From assembly GCA_964476605.1 (NCBI GenBank), contig CAYZBH010000012.1:3869-67868 (forward strand): DNA of 64,000 bases, in the 5' to 3' direction. This DNA is from an uncultured Thermoanaerobaculia bacterium (GTDB lineage: Bacteria; Acidobacteriota; Thermoanaerobaculia; Multivoradales; JAGPDF01). A program made the position numbers and the translations under genes. The notes beneath the pieces were generated by a model. The model had not been told where the DNA came from and did not search any database. It worked only from the letters and a program-made list of their open reading frames with translations. Of the stretch, positions 1 through 10,999 are shown in pieces (the stretch's first letter is position 1; every line of letters begins with the position of its first letter).

Positions 1-426
1 GGGAGCGTCGGGGTGCTCGAGCTCCACGGGACGCTCTGGGTGGCGCGCTGCAACCGGTGCGGGCGGGAGCGCCCGATGCCGGAGGCGGTGGAGGAGAGCC
101 CGGAGCGGCCACCGCGCTGCGACTGCGGTGGACCCTTCCGGCCGGCGGTCGTCTGGTTCGGCGAGCGGCTGCCGGAAGAGGCGCTGAACGAGGCGGCCGA
201 GGCCGCGGCGGCGGCCGACGTCTTCTTCGCCATCGGAACCTCGGCGACCGTCTATCCGGCGGCGGGGCTGATCGAGATTACCGCCCGCCGGGGGGCCTTC
301 GTCGTCGAGGTCAATCGCGAGCCCTCCGAGCTCGCGGCGCTCGCCGACTGTTCGATCCGCGAGCCCGCTGGGGTCGCCCTGCCCCGTCTCACCGAGGAGA
401 TCCGCCGCTGGCGCTCGCGCAACTGA
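1..426 (+). CDS. cobB: NAD-dependent protein deacylase (Sir2/CobB sirtuin), C-terminal part; 5' end lies outside the window
   Basis: Reading frame open from nt 1. Zn-ribbon CxxC...CxC (CNRCGRE...CDCGG) is followed by 'VVWFGE' and 'FFAIGTSATVYPAAGL', characteristic of the sirtuin C-terminal half. Stop TGA at 424-426. Confidence 0.8.
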   Translation, partial: GSVGVLELHGTLWVARCNRCGRERPMPEAVEESPERPPRCDCGGPFRPAVVWFGERLPEEALNEAAEAAAAADVFFAIGTSATVYPAAGLIEITARRGAFVVEVNREPSELAALADCSIREPAGVALPRLTEEIRRWRSRN

Positions 427-1094
427 TCCGCGAGCTCCCCTCCGACGAGCGGCCGCGCGAGCGCCTGCTCGCCCAGGGGGCGCGCGCGTTGGGCGATGCC
501 GAGCTCCTCGCCGTGCTCCTCCGCACCGGCCGCCCGGGGGCCTCGGCGATCGACCTGGCGCGCGAGACCCTCGCTCGGGTCGGAGGGGTCCCCGGGCTCG
601 CCGAGAGCGGGGCGCCGCTGCTCCTGCGCAAGGGGCTCGGCGCGGCGAAGGCGGCGTCCATCCTGGCCGCGGTCGAGATCGGGCGGCGCCTCGCGCGCTC
701 CGAGGCCATCGACGGGACGGCGTTGGGGGCTCCCGCCGCCGTCGCCTCCTACCTCGCGCTCCGCTACCGGCTGCGCGACCAGGAGGTCCTGGGAGCGCTC
801 TACCTCGACACCCGCAACCGCCTGATCGCCGAGCGCGAGCTCTACCGGGGAACCCTCAACCGCGCCGCCGTCGAGCCGCGGGCGATCCTCAAGGAGGGGC
901 TGCTCGCGGGCGCTTCCGGGCTTATCGTCTTTCACACCCACCCGAGCGGCGACCCGGGGCCCTCGGCGGAGGACATCGCCTTCACCCGGCGCCTCGCCGA
1001 GGCGGGGGAGGTGGTCGGCATCCGGCTGGTCGACCATCTCGTGCTCGGCAGCGTCGGCCGCTGGGTCTCCTTGCGCGAGCGGGGGGCATGGTAG
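423..1094 (+). CDS. radC: RadC-family protein (JAMM/MPN+ domain, UPF0758)
   Basis: N-terminal 'ELPSDERPRERLL...AELLAVLLRTG' and C-terminal JAMM motif 'HTHPSGDPGPSAEDIAFT' are typical of RadC. No canonical ATG/GTG/TTG near the expected N-terminus; CTG at 423 is used provisionally. Overlaps the cobB stop. Confidence 0.75.
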   Translation: MIRELPSDERPRERLLAQGARALGDAELLAVLLRTGRPGASAIDLARETLARVGGVPGLAESGAPLLLRKGLGAAKAASILAAVEIGRRLARSEAIDGTALGAPAAVASYLALRYRLRDQEVLGALYLDTRNRLIAERELYRGTLNRAAVEPRAILKEGLLAGASGLIVFHTHPSGDPGPSAEDIAFTRRLAEAGEVVGIRLVDHLVLGSVGRWVSLRERGAW

Positions 1095-1104
1095 CTTCCC
1101 GCGC

Positions 1105-2355
1105 GTGCGTGGGAGCGACCTCCATCTCGACTGCTTCTCCGGCCTGGCCGGCGACATGTTTCTCGGCGCCTGCCTCGATCTCGGCATGCCGCTCACGGTG
1201 CTCGCGGAGGCGGTCGCGGCGCTCGCCCTTCCCGGAATCGCCGTCGAGGCGCGGCGCGCGCGCCGGGGGGGCTTCGCGGGCACCCGTTTTCGGGTCCTTT
1301 CGGAGGGCCAGCCGATCGAAGGCCCCGATCCCGAGGAATCTTCGGAGACCCCTCGGACCCCGCAACCTCCGCCGGAAAGCGGGCACGGCCGGCATCTGAA
1401 GGAGATTCTCGCGCTCCTCGATCGGAGCGCGCTCCCGGAAGCGGTCCGGGAGCGTTCCCGCGCGCTCTTCCACCGGCTCGGCGAGGCCGAGGCGAAGGCG
1501 CATGGCCTGCCGGTCGAACGGGTCCACTTCCACGAAGTGGGGGCGATCGATTCGATCGTCGACCTCGTCGGCGCCGCCGCGGCGATGGAGTGGCTCGCCC
1601 CGCGCCGCGTGACCTGCGGCACGGTCGCGGTGGGAAGCGGCACCATCCAGGGGGCGCACGGCGAGATGCCGGTACCGCCGCCCGCGGTCGCGGAGCTCGT
1701 CCGGGGGATCCCCGTGCGCTCGGCGCCCGGCGGGGAGCTCCTGACCCCGACCGGTGCCGCGCTCCTGGCGGAGCTGGTCGACGACTTCACGGAGCTGCCG
1801 GCGCTGGTCCTCGAGGGGGTGGGATACGGGCTCGGGCGGAAAGAGGTGGCGGGGCGCGCGAACGCCGTGCGTCTCTTCGCCGGACGACCCATCGGCGACG
1901 CGGCGACGAGCGAGGTCCTGGTCGTGGAGTGCGAAGTCGACGACCTGTCCGGCGAGGGGATCGGGCACGCGACGGCGCGCTTGCTCGAGGCGGGTGCGCT
2001 CGATGTCTACGTGACGCCCGTGCTCATGAAGAAGGGGCGCCCCGGCCACCTGGTCAGTCTGCTCGCGCGGCGGGAAGGCTTCGAAGGCCTGGCGGCTCTT
2101 CTCCTGGCGGAGACCGGCTCGCTCGGCTGCCGCTTCGTGCCCGCTGGCCGCTTCGAAGCGGAGCGCGAGACCGTCCTGGTCACGACCCCCTTCGGCGAGG
2201 TGCGCGTCAAGCGCGCGCGCTTCCGGGGGCGTCCGATCGCCGAGGCACCCGAGTCCGAAGACTGCCGGCGGCTCGCGCTCGCCGCCGGCGTGACCTGGCG
2301 CGAAGTCCACCAGGCGGCGCTCGCGGCGGCGCTCGCCACGCGTGCCGCGAGGTGA
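1105..2355 (+). CDS. larC: LarC-family nickel insertion protein (DUF111; nickel-pincer cofactor biosynthesis)
   Basis: GTG start. N-terminus 'LHLDCFSGLAGDMFLGACLDLG' and internal 'HFHEVGAIDSIVDLVGAA' match the LarC/UPF0272 family. Confidence 0.8.
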   Translation: MRGSDLHLDCFSGLAGDMFLGACLDLGMPLTVLAEAVAALALPGIAVEARRARRGGFAGTRFRVLSEGQPIEGPDPEESSETPRTPQPPPESGHGRHLKEILALLDRSALPEAVRERSRALFHRLGEAEAKAHGLPVERVHFHEVGAIDSIVDLVGAAAAMEWLAPRRVTCGTVAVGSGTIQGAHGEMPVPPPAVAELVRGIPVRSAPGGELLTPTGAALLAELVDDFTELPALVLEGVGYGLGRKEVAGRANAVRLFAGRPIGDAATSEVLVVECEVDDLSGEGIGHATARLLEAGALDVYVTPVLMKKGRPGHLVSLLARREGFEGLAALLLAETGSLGCRFVPAGRFEAERETVLVTTPFGEVRVKRARFRGRPIAEAPESEDCRRLALAAGVTWREVHQAALAAALATRAAR

Positions 2356-3263
2356 CGGGATCGCTGGCGGGTCCCGGCTTCGGCGAAGGGCGTCTCGAAT
2401 ACGGAGTCGCCGGCGAGGTCAGCCTGCGCTGGGCCGCGGTCGAGCTCGCGGGCGCGGTCGAGGAGGCACGACGGCGGCACGATCTCTCGCCGGTCGCGGC
2501 CGCCGCCCTGGGTCGCGCCATGGCGGGCGCGGTGCTCCTGCACCGGCTCTCGATCAAGGCCTCCCGCCGGCTGACCCTGACCGTGGTGGGGGACGGCCCT
2601 CTGGGAAAGGTGTTGGCCGAAGCCGACCCGGAAGGGAATGTGCGCGGCCTGGTCGGCGAGCCGCGCGTCGACCTGGCACCCGGACCCGAGGGCAAGCTGC
2701 GGGTCGGGGCGGCGGTCGGGCGGGGCACGCTGCGCGTCCGGCGCGAGCTCGTCGACGGCAGCGTCTACGAGAGCCAGGTGGAGCTCCAGACCGGCGAGAT
2801 CGGCCTCGACCTCGCGCACTTCCTGGAACAGAGCGAGCAGACGCAATCGGCGGTGATGGTCGGCGTCCTCGCGGGCCCCGAGGGAATCCGCGCCGCCGGC
2901 GGCATGATCGTCGAGGTGCTCCCGGGAGCCTCCGAAGCCGCCGTGGCCCGTCTCGAGGCCAATCTCTCGGAGTTCGGCGGGGTGAGCCGGGACCTCGACC
3001 GGGGAGGGCTCGAGGGGCTGCGCGATCACGTGCTCGCCGGCCTCGCGCCGTCGCTGATCGACGAGCGCGGCATCCGCTTCCGCTGCTCGTGCAGTCGCGA
3101 GCGCCTGCGGGAGCACCTCGTGGTGCTGCCGGGGAGCGATCTCGACGCGATACGCGACGAGGTGGGACGGGTCGAAGCCGAGTGCGCCTTCTGCGGCGAG
3201 CGCTACCTGTTCGTCCCCGCCGAGCTGCTCGCTCACGCTCCCGAAGCGGATCCCACCGGCTGA
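2352..3263 (+). CDS. hslO: Hsp33 redox-regulated chaperone
   Basis: GTG start overlapping the larC stop (GTGA). C-terminal zinc centre 'CSCSRERL...CAFCGERY' (CxC...CxxC) and overall collinearity with Hsp33. Confidence 0.8.
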   Translation: MTGSLAGPGFGEGRLEYGVAGEVSLRWAAVELAGAVEEARRRHDLSPVAAAALGRAMAGAVLLHRLSIKASRRLTLTVVGDGPLGKVLAEADPEGNVRGLVGEPRVDLAPGPEGKLRVGAAVGRGTLRVRRELVDGSVYESQVELQTGEIGLDLAHFLEQSEQTQSAVMVGVLAGPEGIRAAGGMIVEVLPGASEAAVARLEANLSEFGGVSRDLDRGGLEGLRDHVLAGLAPSLIDERGIRFRCSCSRERLREHLVVLPGSDLDAIRDEVGRVEAECAFCGERYLFVPAELLAHAPEADPTG

Positions 3264-3298
3264 TAGACTGCCGCGCGCGCCGAGCGCGCGAGGTGCGG

Positions 3299-5359
3299 AT
3301 GTCCAAGTTCTACGTCACCACTCCCATCTACTACGTCAACGACCTGCCGCACATCGGCCACATCTACACCACCGTGGTCGCGGACACGCTGGCGCGCTAC
3401 CGGCGGCTCGCGGGCGACGACGTCCGCTTCCTGACCGGAACGGACGAGCACGGGCAGAACATCGAGCGCGCCGCGGCGCGGGAGGGGATTCCGCCGCAGG
3501 CTCTCGCCGACCGGGTGGTGGCCCGCTACCACGAGCTCTGGAAGGTCTTCGGCATGACGCACGACGACTTCGTGCGCACGACGGAGCCGAGGCATCGGCG
3601 GGGAGTCGAAGAGCTCATCCGGCGGATCGACCGCGCCGGGGATTTCTACGTCGCCAAGCACGAGGGGTGGTACTGCCCGTCCTGCGAGACCTTCTACACC
3701 GAGAAGGAGCTGCTCTCCGAGCGGCGCTGTCCGACCCACGAGCGCCCGACCGAGTGGCACTCCGAGGAGAACGTCTTCTTCCGGCTCTCGAAGTACGAGC
3801 GGCCGCTTCTCGGTTGGATCGACGCCAACCCCGGCTGCATTCAGCCGGAGACGCGGCGCAACGAGGTTCGCGCCTTCGTCGCTTCGGGTCTGCGCGATCT
3901 CTCGGTGAGCCGGACCGAGCTCACCTGGGGGATTCCGTTCCCCGGCTATCCCGGCCACACCGTCTATGTCTGGCTCGATGCGCTCACCAACTACATTTCC
4001 GCGCTCGGCTTCGGCAGCGGTGAGCTTCCGATTGCCGACCCGGGCGGCGTCGGCCCGGGAGCTCGGTCGGCCCCGACGGATGCCGCCGGAGGCGCCACGA
4101 TCGACGATTCATCGTCCCTCTACCGAGCCTTCTGGGCGGGTGGGGGAAGCCGGACCCGACTCCACCTCATCGGCAAGGACATCATCCGCCACCACTGCGT
4201 CTACTGGCCGGCTTTCCTGATGTCGGCGGGGCTGCCGCTCCCGACCACGGTCTGGGCGCACGGCTGGTGGCTCCGCGACGAGAAGAAGATGTCGAAGTCG
4301 GTCGGTAACGTGGTCCGGCCGGACGAGCTCGTCGCGCGCTTCGGGCCGGACGTGCTGCGCTACTTCCTGCTGCGCGAGATGGTCTTCGGCCAGGACGCGA
4401 GCTTCTCGGACGAGGCGTTCGTCGACCGCTTCAACTCCGACCTCGCCAACGACCTCGGCAACACGGCGAGCCGACTGGTGACGATGGCGCGCCAGGCCTT
4501 CGACGGCAAGACGCCGGCGGTCCCGTGCGACGACAACCCGCTGATCCCGGTGGCGCGCGAGGTGGTGGCGGAATACCGCGCGGCGATGGAGGCGCTCGCC
4601 TTCCAGTCGGCGCTGCGCTCGCTCTGGCGGTTGCTGGCCGAGGCGAACCAGTACCTGGTGGCGCGCGAGCCCTGGAAGAAGGTCAAGACCGAAGGCCCGA
4701 GCGAGGAGCTCTCGCGGGTGCTCTGGAACGGGCTCGAAGCGGTGCGCATCGTCGCCTCGGGGTTGCTCCCCTTCATGCCGCAGATCGCGCCGAAGGTGCT
4801 CGCCGGCATCGGGGCCGGCGCGCCGCCGGCCTCTCTCGGGGCGCTCGCCTGGGGAGGGTTGCCCTGTGGCGTCGCGCTCCCCCCGCTCGCCCCGCTCTTT
4901 CCTCGCATCGACAAGGAGAAGTTCATGGCCGAGATCACCCCGCCACCGGTTCCCGCGCCGGAGGCTGTTGCAGCCACGCCGCCGGCCGGCGCGCCGGCCG
5001 CCGAGCCGAAGAGCGAGGGGACGGCGAATCTGATCGACATCGCGCACTTCGGCACCGTGGAGCTCAAGGTCGGAAAGGTGCTCTCCTGCGAGAATCTCCC
5101 GAAGTCGGAGAAGCTCCTCAAGATGATGGTGGACCTGGGGGAGGAGCGCCCGCGGCAGATCCTGGCCGGCATCGCCAAGGCCTACAGGCCGGAGGAGCTC
5201 ACGGGGACGCAGGTGGTGATCGTCGCGAACCTCAAGCCCGCGAAGCTGATGGGGCAGGAATCGCAGGGGATGGTGCTCGCCGCGACCGACGTGGAAGGGC
5301 GGCCGATCCTGCTCCGCCCGCACGCGGAGGGCGTCCCGACCGGCACGCGGGTGAAGTGA
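3299..5359 (+). CDS. metG: methionyl-tRNA synthetase with C-terminal tRNA-binding (EMAP/Trbp111-like) domain
   Basis: ATG start. 'PIYYVNDLPHIGHIYTTVVADTLARY' (HIGH motif), 'KMSKS' present, zinc knuckle 'CPSCE...CPTHE', and C-terminal 'GKVLSCENLPKSEKLLKMMVDLG' tRNA-binding domain. Confidence 0.95.
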   Translation: MSKFYVTTPIYYVNDLPHIGHIYTTVVADTLARYRRLAGDDVRFLTGTDEHGQNIERAAAREGIPPQALADRVVARYHELWKVFGMTHDDFVRTTEPRHRRGVEELIRRIDRAGDFYVAKHEGWYCPSCETFYTEKELLSERRCPTHERPTEWHSEENVFFRLSKYERPLLGWIDANPGCIQPETRRNEVRAFVASGLRDLSVSRTELTWGIPFPGYPGHTVYVWLDALTNYISALGFGSGELPIADPGGVGPGARSAPTDAAGGATIDDSSSLYRAFWAGGGSRTRLHLIGKDIIRHHCVYWPAFLMSAGLPLPTTVWAHGWWLRDEKKMSKSVGNVVRPDELVARFGPDVLRYFLLREMVFGQDASFSDEAFVDRFNSDLANDLGNTASRLVTMARQAFDGKTPAVPCDDNPLIPVAREVVAEYRAAMEALAFQSALRSLWRLLAEANQYLVAREPWKKVKTEGPSEELSRVLWNGLEAVRIVASGLLPFMPQIAPKVLAGIGAGAPPASLGALAWGGLPCGVALPPLAPLFPRIDKEKFMAEITPPPVPAPEAVAATPPAGAPAAEPKSEGTANLIDIAHFGTVELKVGKVLSCENLPKSEKLLKMMVDLGEERPRQILAGIAKAYRPEELTGTQVVIVANLKPAKLMGQESQGMVLAATDVEGRPILLRPHAEGVPTGTRVK

Positions 5360-6141
5360 GCTCGCGCGCGTCGCTCGTCGACTCGCACGCGCATCTCCAG
5401 AATCTCGACCGCGAGGAGCGCCGAGCGGCGCTCGAGCGCGCCCGCGAGCGCGGCGTCGACGGCGTGCTGGTTCCCGCGACGGAGCTCGCGCAAGCGGACG
5501 ATCTGCTCGACTTCTGCGACCGTGAGGTGGGGGTTTGGTGCGCGCTGGGGGTGCATCCCCACGAGGCTTCGGGGTGGCGGAGCGGCGACGAGAAACGATT
5601 GCGCGCCCTGTTGGACCATCCGAAGGCCGTCGCGGTGGGGGAGTGCGGGCTCGACTTCTTCTACGACCACGCGCCGCGCGACGTGCAGGAGCGGGTCTTC
5701 CGGGCGCAGATCGAAGTGGCGCTCGACGCCGGTCTTCCCGTCGTCGTCCACAACCGGGACTCCAACGAGGTCATGCTCGCGGTGCTCTCGGATCCGGCTT
5801 ATCGCGGCCTCCGGATCGATCTGCACTCCTTCGCCGGCGGACTCGCGATGGCGCGGGCGGCGCTCCCGCTCGCGAGCTGGTTCGGGCTCTCGGGGATGAT
5901 CACCTTTCCCAAGGCCGAGAACGTCCGCGAAGTGCTGCCGGAGATCCCGCGCGAGCGCCTCCTGGTCGAAACCGACTCTCCCTACCTGGCGCCGGTGCCC
6001 CATCGCGGCAAGCAGAACGAGCCGGCCTACGTGGTCGAGGTCACCGAACGCCTCGCCCGGGAGCTCGGCCTCTCCTTCGATGAAACGGCGGCCCTCACCA
6101 CCGAGAACTTCTTCGGGCTCTTCTCAAAGGCGCGCGGGTAG
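5356..6141 (+). CDS. tatD: TatD-family metal-dependent DNase/hydrolase
   Basis: GTG start overlapping the metG stop (GTGA). 'LVDSHAHL' and 'GECGLDFFYDH' motifs. The metG-tatD adjacency is widely conserved. Confidence 0.9.
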   Translation: MSSRASLVDSHAHLQNLDREERRAALERARERGVDGVLVPATELAQADDLLDFCDREVGVWCALGVHPHEASGWRSGDEKRLRALLDHPKAVAVGECGLDFFYDHAPRDVQERVFRAQIEVALDAGLPVVVHNRDSNEVMLAVLSDPAYRGLRIDLHSFAGGLAMARAALPLASWFGLSGMITFPKAENVREVLPEIPRERLLVETDSPYLAPVPHRGKQNEPAYVVEVTERLARELGLSFDETAALTTENFFGLFSKARG

Positions 6142-6150
6142 ATCGGAAAC

Positions 6151-6190
6151 CTCGGTTCCTCGGTTTCTCGGTTTCTCGGTTTCTCGGTAG
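6151..6190. repeat. 5x tandem octamer CTCGGTT(T/C) immediately 3' of the tatD stop
   Basis: Direct reading: ctcggttc ctcggttt ctcggttt ctcggttt ctcggtag. Confidence 0.9.
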
Positions 6191-6580
6191 CCTAGGTTCC
6201 CCCTATCGCGTCCGGTCCGATCTCCCCGCGCCGGGACCGGCGGGCGCTGTACGCTAGCCAACGGAGGGCGCCCGCCTCCGCTTCGGCCTCGCCGGGGCGT
6301 TTCCGATTGCCAGGGATTTCGACTGCTCGGCCTCAGAGGCCCCTCTGCGGGGAGCTCCGCCCGGACGCTGCCCCCGCCCCAGTGCTCTCGAGGATCCGAA
6401 GACGATGGCAACTCTTCGGGGGAGAGGCCGGCGGGGGAAGGCGGAGGAGACGCGACGTGCCTCGCAAAGCGTTGCGAGCCGGAGCCCCCTCGGGAGATTG
6501 GAGTCTTCACCCGACGGCCGGGGATGGGGGAGCGACGGCTATCGAGAGACTGAGAAACTGGGCGGGACCTTCGCCGGCGC

Positions 6581-7351
6581 CTAGACCGGATTCGGCACGT
6601 CGATGAACTCGTGCTCGAGGCCGAAGCGTTCGGCCAAGTGCTCGCCGAGAGCGCGGATCCCGAGCCGTTCGGTCGCGTAGTGACCGCAGGCCAGGTAGTG
6701 AATGCGGCTCTCGCGTGCCACGTTCATCACCCACTCGGAGACCTCGCCGGTGATGTAAGCGTCGAGGCCGGCCGCGACGGCCTGGTGGAGCTCACTTTGC
6801 GCCCCGCCCGAGATGATGCCGACCGTCGCGATCTCGTCCGGGCCAGAGAGAAAGGCGAGCGGTTCGTGGTCGAAGAGCCTACGGCAGCGGGCGACGAGCT
6901 CGGTGGGGGCGAGCGGCTCGGGATAGCGACCGCGAAAGCCGATCGCCGTCCCCTGGTAAAAGCCGAACGGCTCAACGGAATAGAGCCCCAGGCCGCGAGC
7001 CGCGAGCACATTGTTGCCGAGCTCGGGATGACGATCGAGCGGCAGGTGATAGGCGAAGAGCGCCATGCCGCTCTCGATCAGCGAAGCGACGCGCCGGAAC
7101 TGGGCACCGGTGAGCTGGCGCGGCATTCCGTCCCAGAAGAGACCGTGATGCACGAGCACCGCGTCGGCGCTCGCGCTCGCGGCGCGCTCGAAGAGCTCGA
7201 GGCAGGCCGAAACCCCGGTCGCGATCTTGCGGACCGGGCGCCGCCCTTCGACCTGGAGCCCATTCGGGCCGAAGTCCTTGTCACGCGTGGCCTCCAGGAG
7301 CTCGTCCAGGTAAGTGGAGAGCTCGCGGGTGCTCAGTTCGCCGTGGGGCAT
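6581..7351 (-). CDS. Nif3-family dinuclear metal centre protein (YqfO/YbgI-like)
   Basis: ATG start. 256 aa with conserved His-rich metal-binding segments ('VLVHHGLFW', 'AYHLPLDRHPELGNN', 'YLACGHYATE') typical of NIF3. Confidence 0.85.
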   Translation of the reverse strand: MPHGELSTRELSTYLDELLEATRDKDFGPNGLQVEGRRPVRKIATGVSACLELFERAASASADAVLVHHGLFWDGMPRQLTGAQFRRVASLIESGMALFAYHLPLDRHPELGNNVLAARGLGLYSVEPFGFYQGTAIGFRGRYPEPLAPTELVARCRRLFDHEPLAFLSGPDEIATVGIISGGAQSELHQAVAAGLDAYITGEVSEWVMNVARESRIHYLACGHYATERLGIRALGEHLAERFGLEHEFIDVPNPV

Positions 7352-7433
7352 CGCGCCCTCTCCTTTCCCGAAAAGAAAGAGGCCGATCCCTGGCAGGGAC
7401 CGGCCTCGATCTTAGCCCTCGAACGGCTGCGCT

Positions 7434-9671
<2,238 letters not shown>

Positions 9672-9771
9672 TCGCTTTCCTTGGTTGACGGACAACCCCG
9701 GGGCTACGGCCTGGACGCCGCCCGGCGAATCCGGGGGCGAGCCGATGGTCGGGATTGTCGGAGAAGAGTGC

Positions 9772-10032
9772 CTACTTGCGGAGGCCGAGCCGCTCGATGA
9801 GCTGGCGGTAACGCTCCGCGTCGCGGCGCTTGAGGTAGTCGAGGAGGCGCCGGCGCTGGCCGACGAGCTTCAGCAAGCCACGCCGGCTGTGGTGGTCCTT
9901 CGTGTGCGTCTTGAAATGCTCGGTGAGCTCGTTGATCCGGCCGGTGAGCAGGGCCACCTGGACGTCGGCCGAGCCGGTGTCGGTGTCGTGCACCCGGTAG
10001 TCCCGGATGATCTGTTCCTTGGCTTGAGACAA
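9772..10032 (-). CDS. rpsO: 30S ribosomal protein S15
   Basis: TTG start 7 nt downstream of GGAGGAAA. 86 aa with '[54 protein letters not shown]'. The longer 96-aa ORF in the track has no Shine-Dalgarno sequence. Confidence 0.9.
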   Translation of the reverse strand: MSQAKEQIIRDYRVHDTDTGSADVQVALLTGRINELTEHFKTHTKDHHSRRGLLKLVGQRRRLLDYLKRRDAERYRQLIERLGLRK

Positions 10033-10063
10033 GTCGTTTCCTCCGATCGATGTTCTAGTCAAA

Positions 10064-10999
10064 TCAGAAGCTTACCACAGTCGGGGCGGTCTTGAAAACG
10101 ACCTTCGGCTGGATCACGGCGACGCCCGAACCGCCGAGCCGTTCGATGACCGCGCCCACGCCGAGCAGGGCGCCGCCCCGCTCCACGAGCCGGACCCAGT
10201 CCCCGGCCTCGGCGGGGAGCCCGGGGTAGACGATGGTCTGGCCGTGCAGCGCCCGGCGCTCCTGCTGGGCGTCGAGCGTCGCGGTCGAGAACGGGAGGGG
10301 GATCTCGGCAAGCGGCATCCAGGCGGGTCCGAGGTCCTGGTCGAGGCGGCGCCGCTGCTCGATCTCCTCGAGGCGCAGCGCCGATTCGATCGCGAAGGGG
10401 CCGACCCGAGAACGGCGCAACGTGGCGAGGTGCGCGCCGCACCCGAGCACTTGCCCCAGGTCGTGCGCCAGCGACCGCGCGTACGTACCCGAGGAGCAGG
10501 CGAGCCGGAATCCCAGGTGGGCTTCGACGATCGGTCCCGTCGCGCCGAACTCGTAGACCGTGACCGTCTTGCTGCTCTCCGGCACCTCTTCTCCGCGTCG
10601 CGCGAGCTCGTAGAGCCGCACGCCCTGGACCTTGCGCGCGCTGTAGGCAGGGAGGCGCTGCTCGATCGTGCCGACGAAGCCGTCCATGGCGCTGCGGGCG
10701 CCGTCGAGATCGATCCCCTCGGGGGATCGCTCGTCGACGACGCGACCCCCGGCGTCGTAGGTGTCGGTCGTGACACCGAAGCGGATGGTTCCCTCGTAGG
10801 TCTTCGGGGCGTGGATCAGGAAGCGGGTGAGCCGCGTGGCGAGGCCGACGGTGAGCAGGAGGAGGCCGGTGGCGTCCGGATCGAGCGTCCCGCAGTGTCC
10901 GATGCGCTTCTGACGGAGGATGCGCCGTGCGCTCTGCACGACGTCGTGCGACGTGCAGCCCGACTCCTTGTCGACCAGCAACAGACCGTCAAGCGCCAT
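10064..10999 (-). CDS. truB: tRNA pseudouridine(55) synthase
   Basis: ATG at 10999 ('[21 protein letters not shown]...[14 protein letters not shown]'), catalytic Asp motif and PUA-like C-terminus. The upstream 22 codons of the track ORF overlap nrnA and are rejected. Confidence 0.9.
   Translation of the reverse strand: MALDGLLLVDKESGCTSHDVVQSARRILRQKRIGHCGTLDPDATGLLLLTVGLATRLTRFLIHAPKTYEGTIRFGVTTDTYDAGGRVVDERSPEGIDLDGARSAMDGFVGTIEQRLPAYSARKVQGVRLYELARRGEEVPESSKTVTVYEFGATGPIVEAHLGFRLACSSGTYARSLAHDLGQVLGCGAHLATLRRSRVGPFAIESALRLEEIEQRRRLDQDLGPAWMPLAEIPLPFSTATLDAQQERRALHGQTIVYPGLPAEAGDWVRLVERGGALLGVGAVIERLGGSGVAVIQPKVVFKTAPTVVSF

Noticed and set aside
252-3236. Long minus-strand ORFs (252-1892, 982-2310, 2007-3236, 2207-2728) overlapping radC/larC/hslO
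   Set aside because: Antisense shadow ORFs typical of high-GC DNA. Translations are Arg/Pro/Ala low-complexity. The sense strand carries well-supported conserved genes.
6290-6335. tmRNA-like 5' motif 'GGGGCG...GGGAUUUCGACUGC' in the tatD-nif3 spacer
   Set aside because: Only a loose resemblance to the tmRNA acceptor/D-arm consensus (GGGGCUGAUUCUGGAUUCGACGGG). No matching 3' T-arm/CCA end or tag reading frame found within the spacer, and a full-length tmRNA would run into nif3. Kept only as part of the general ncRNA-candidate finding.
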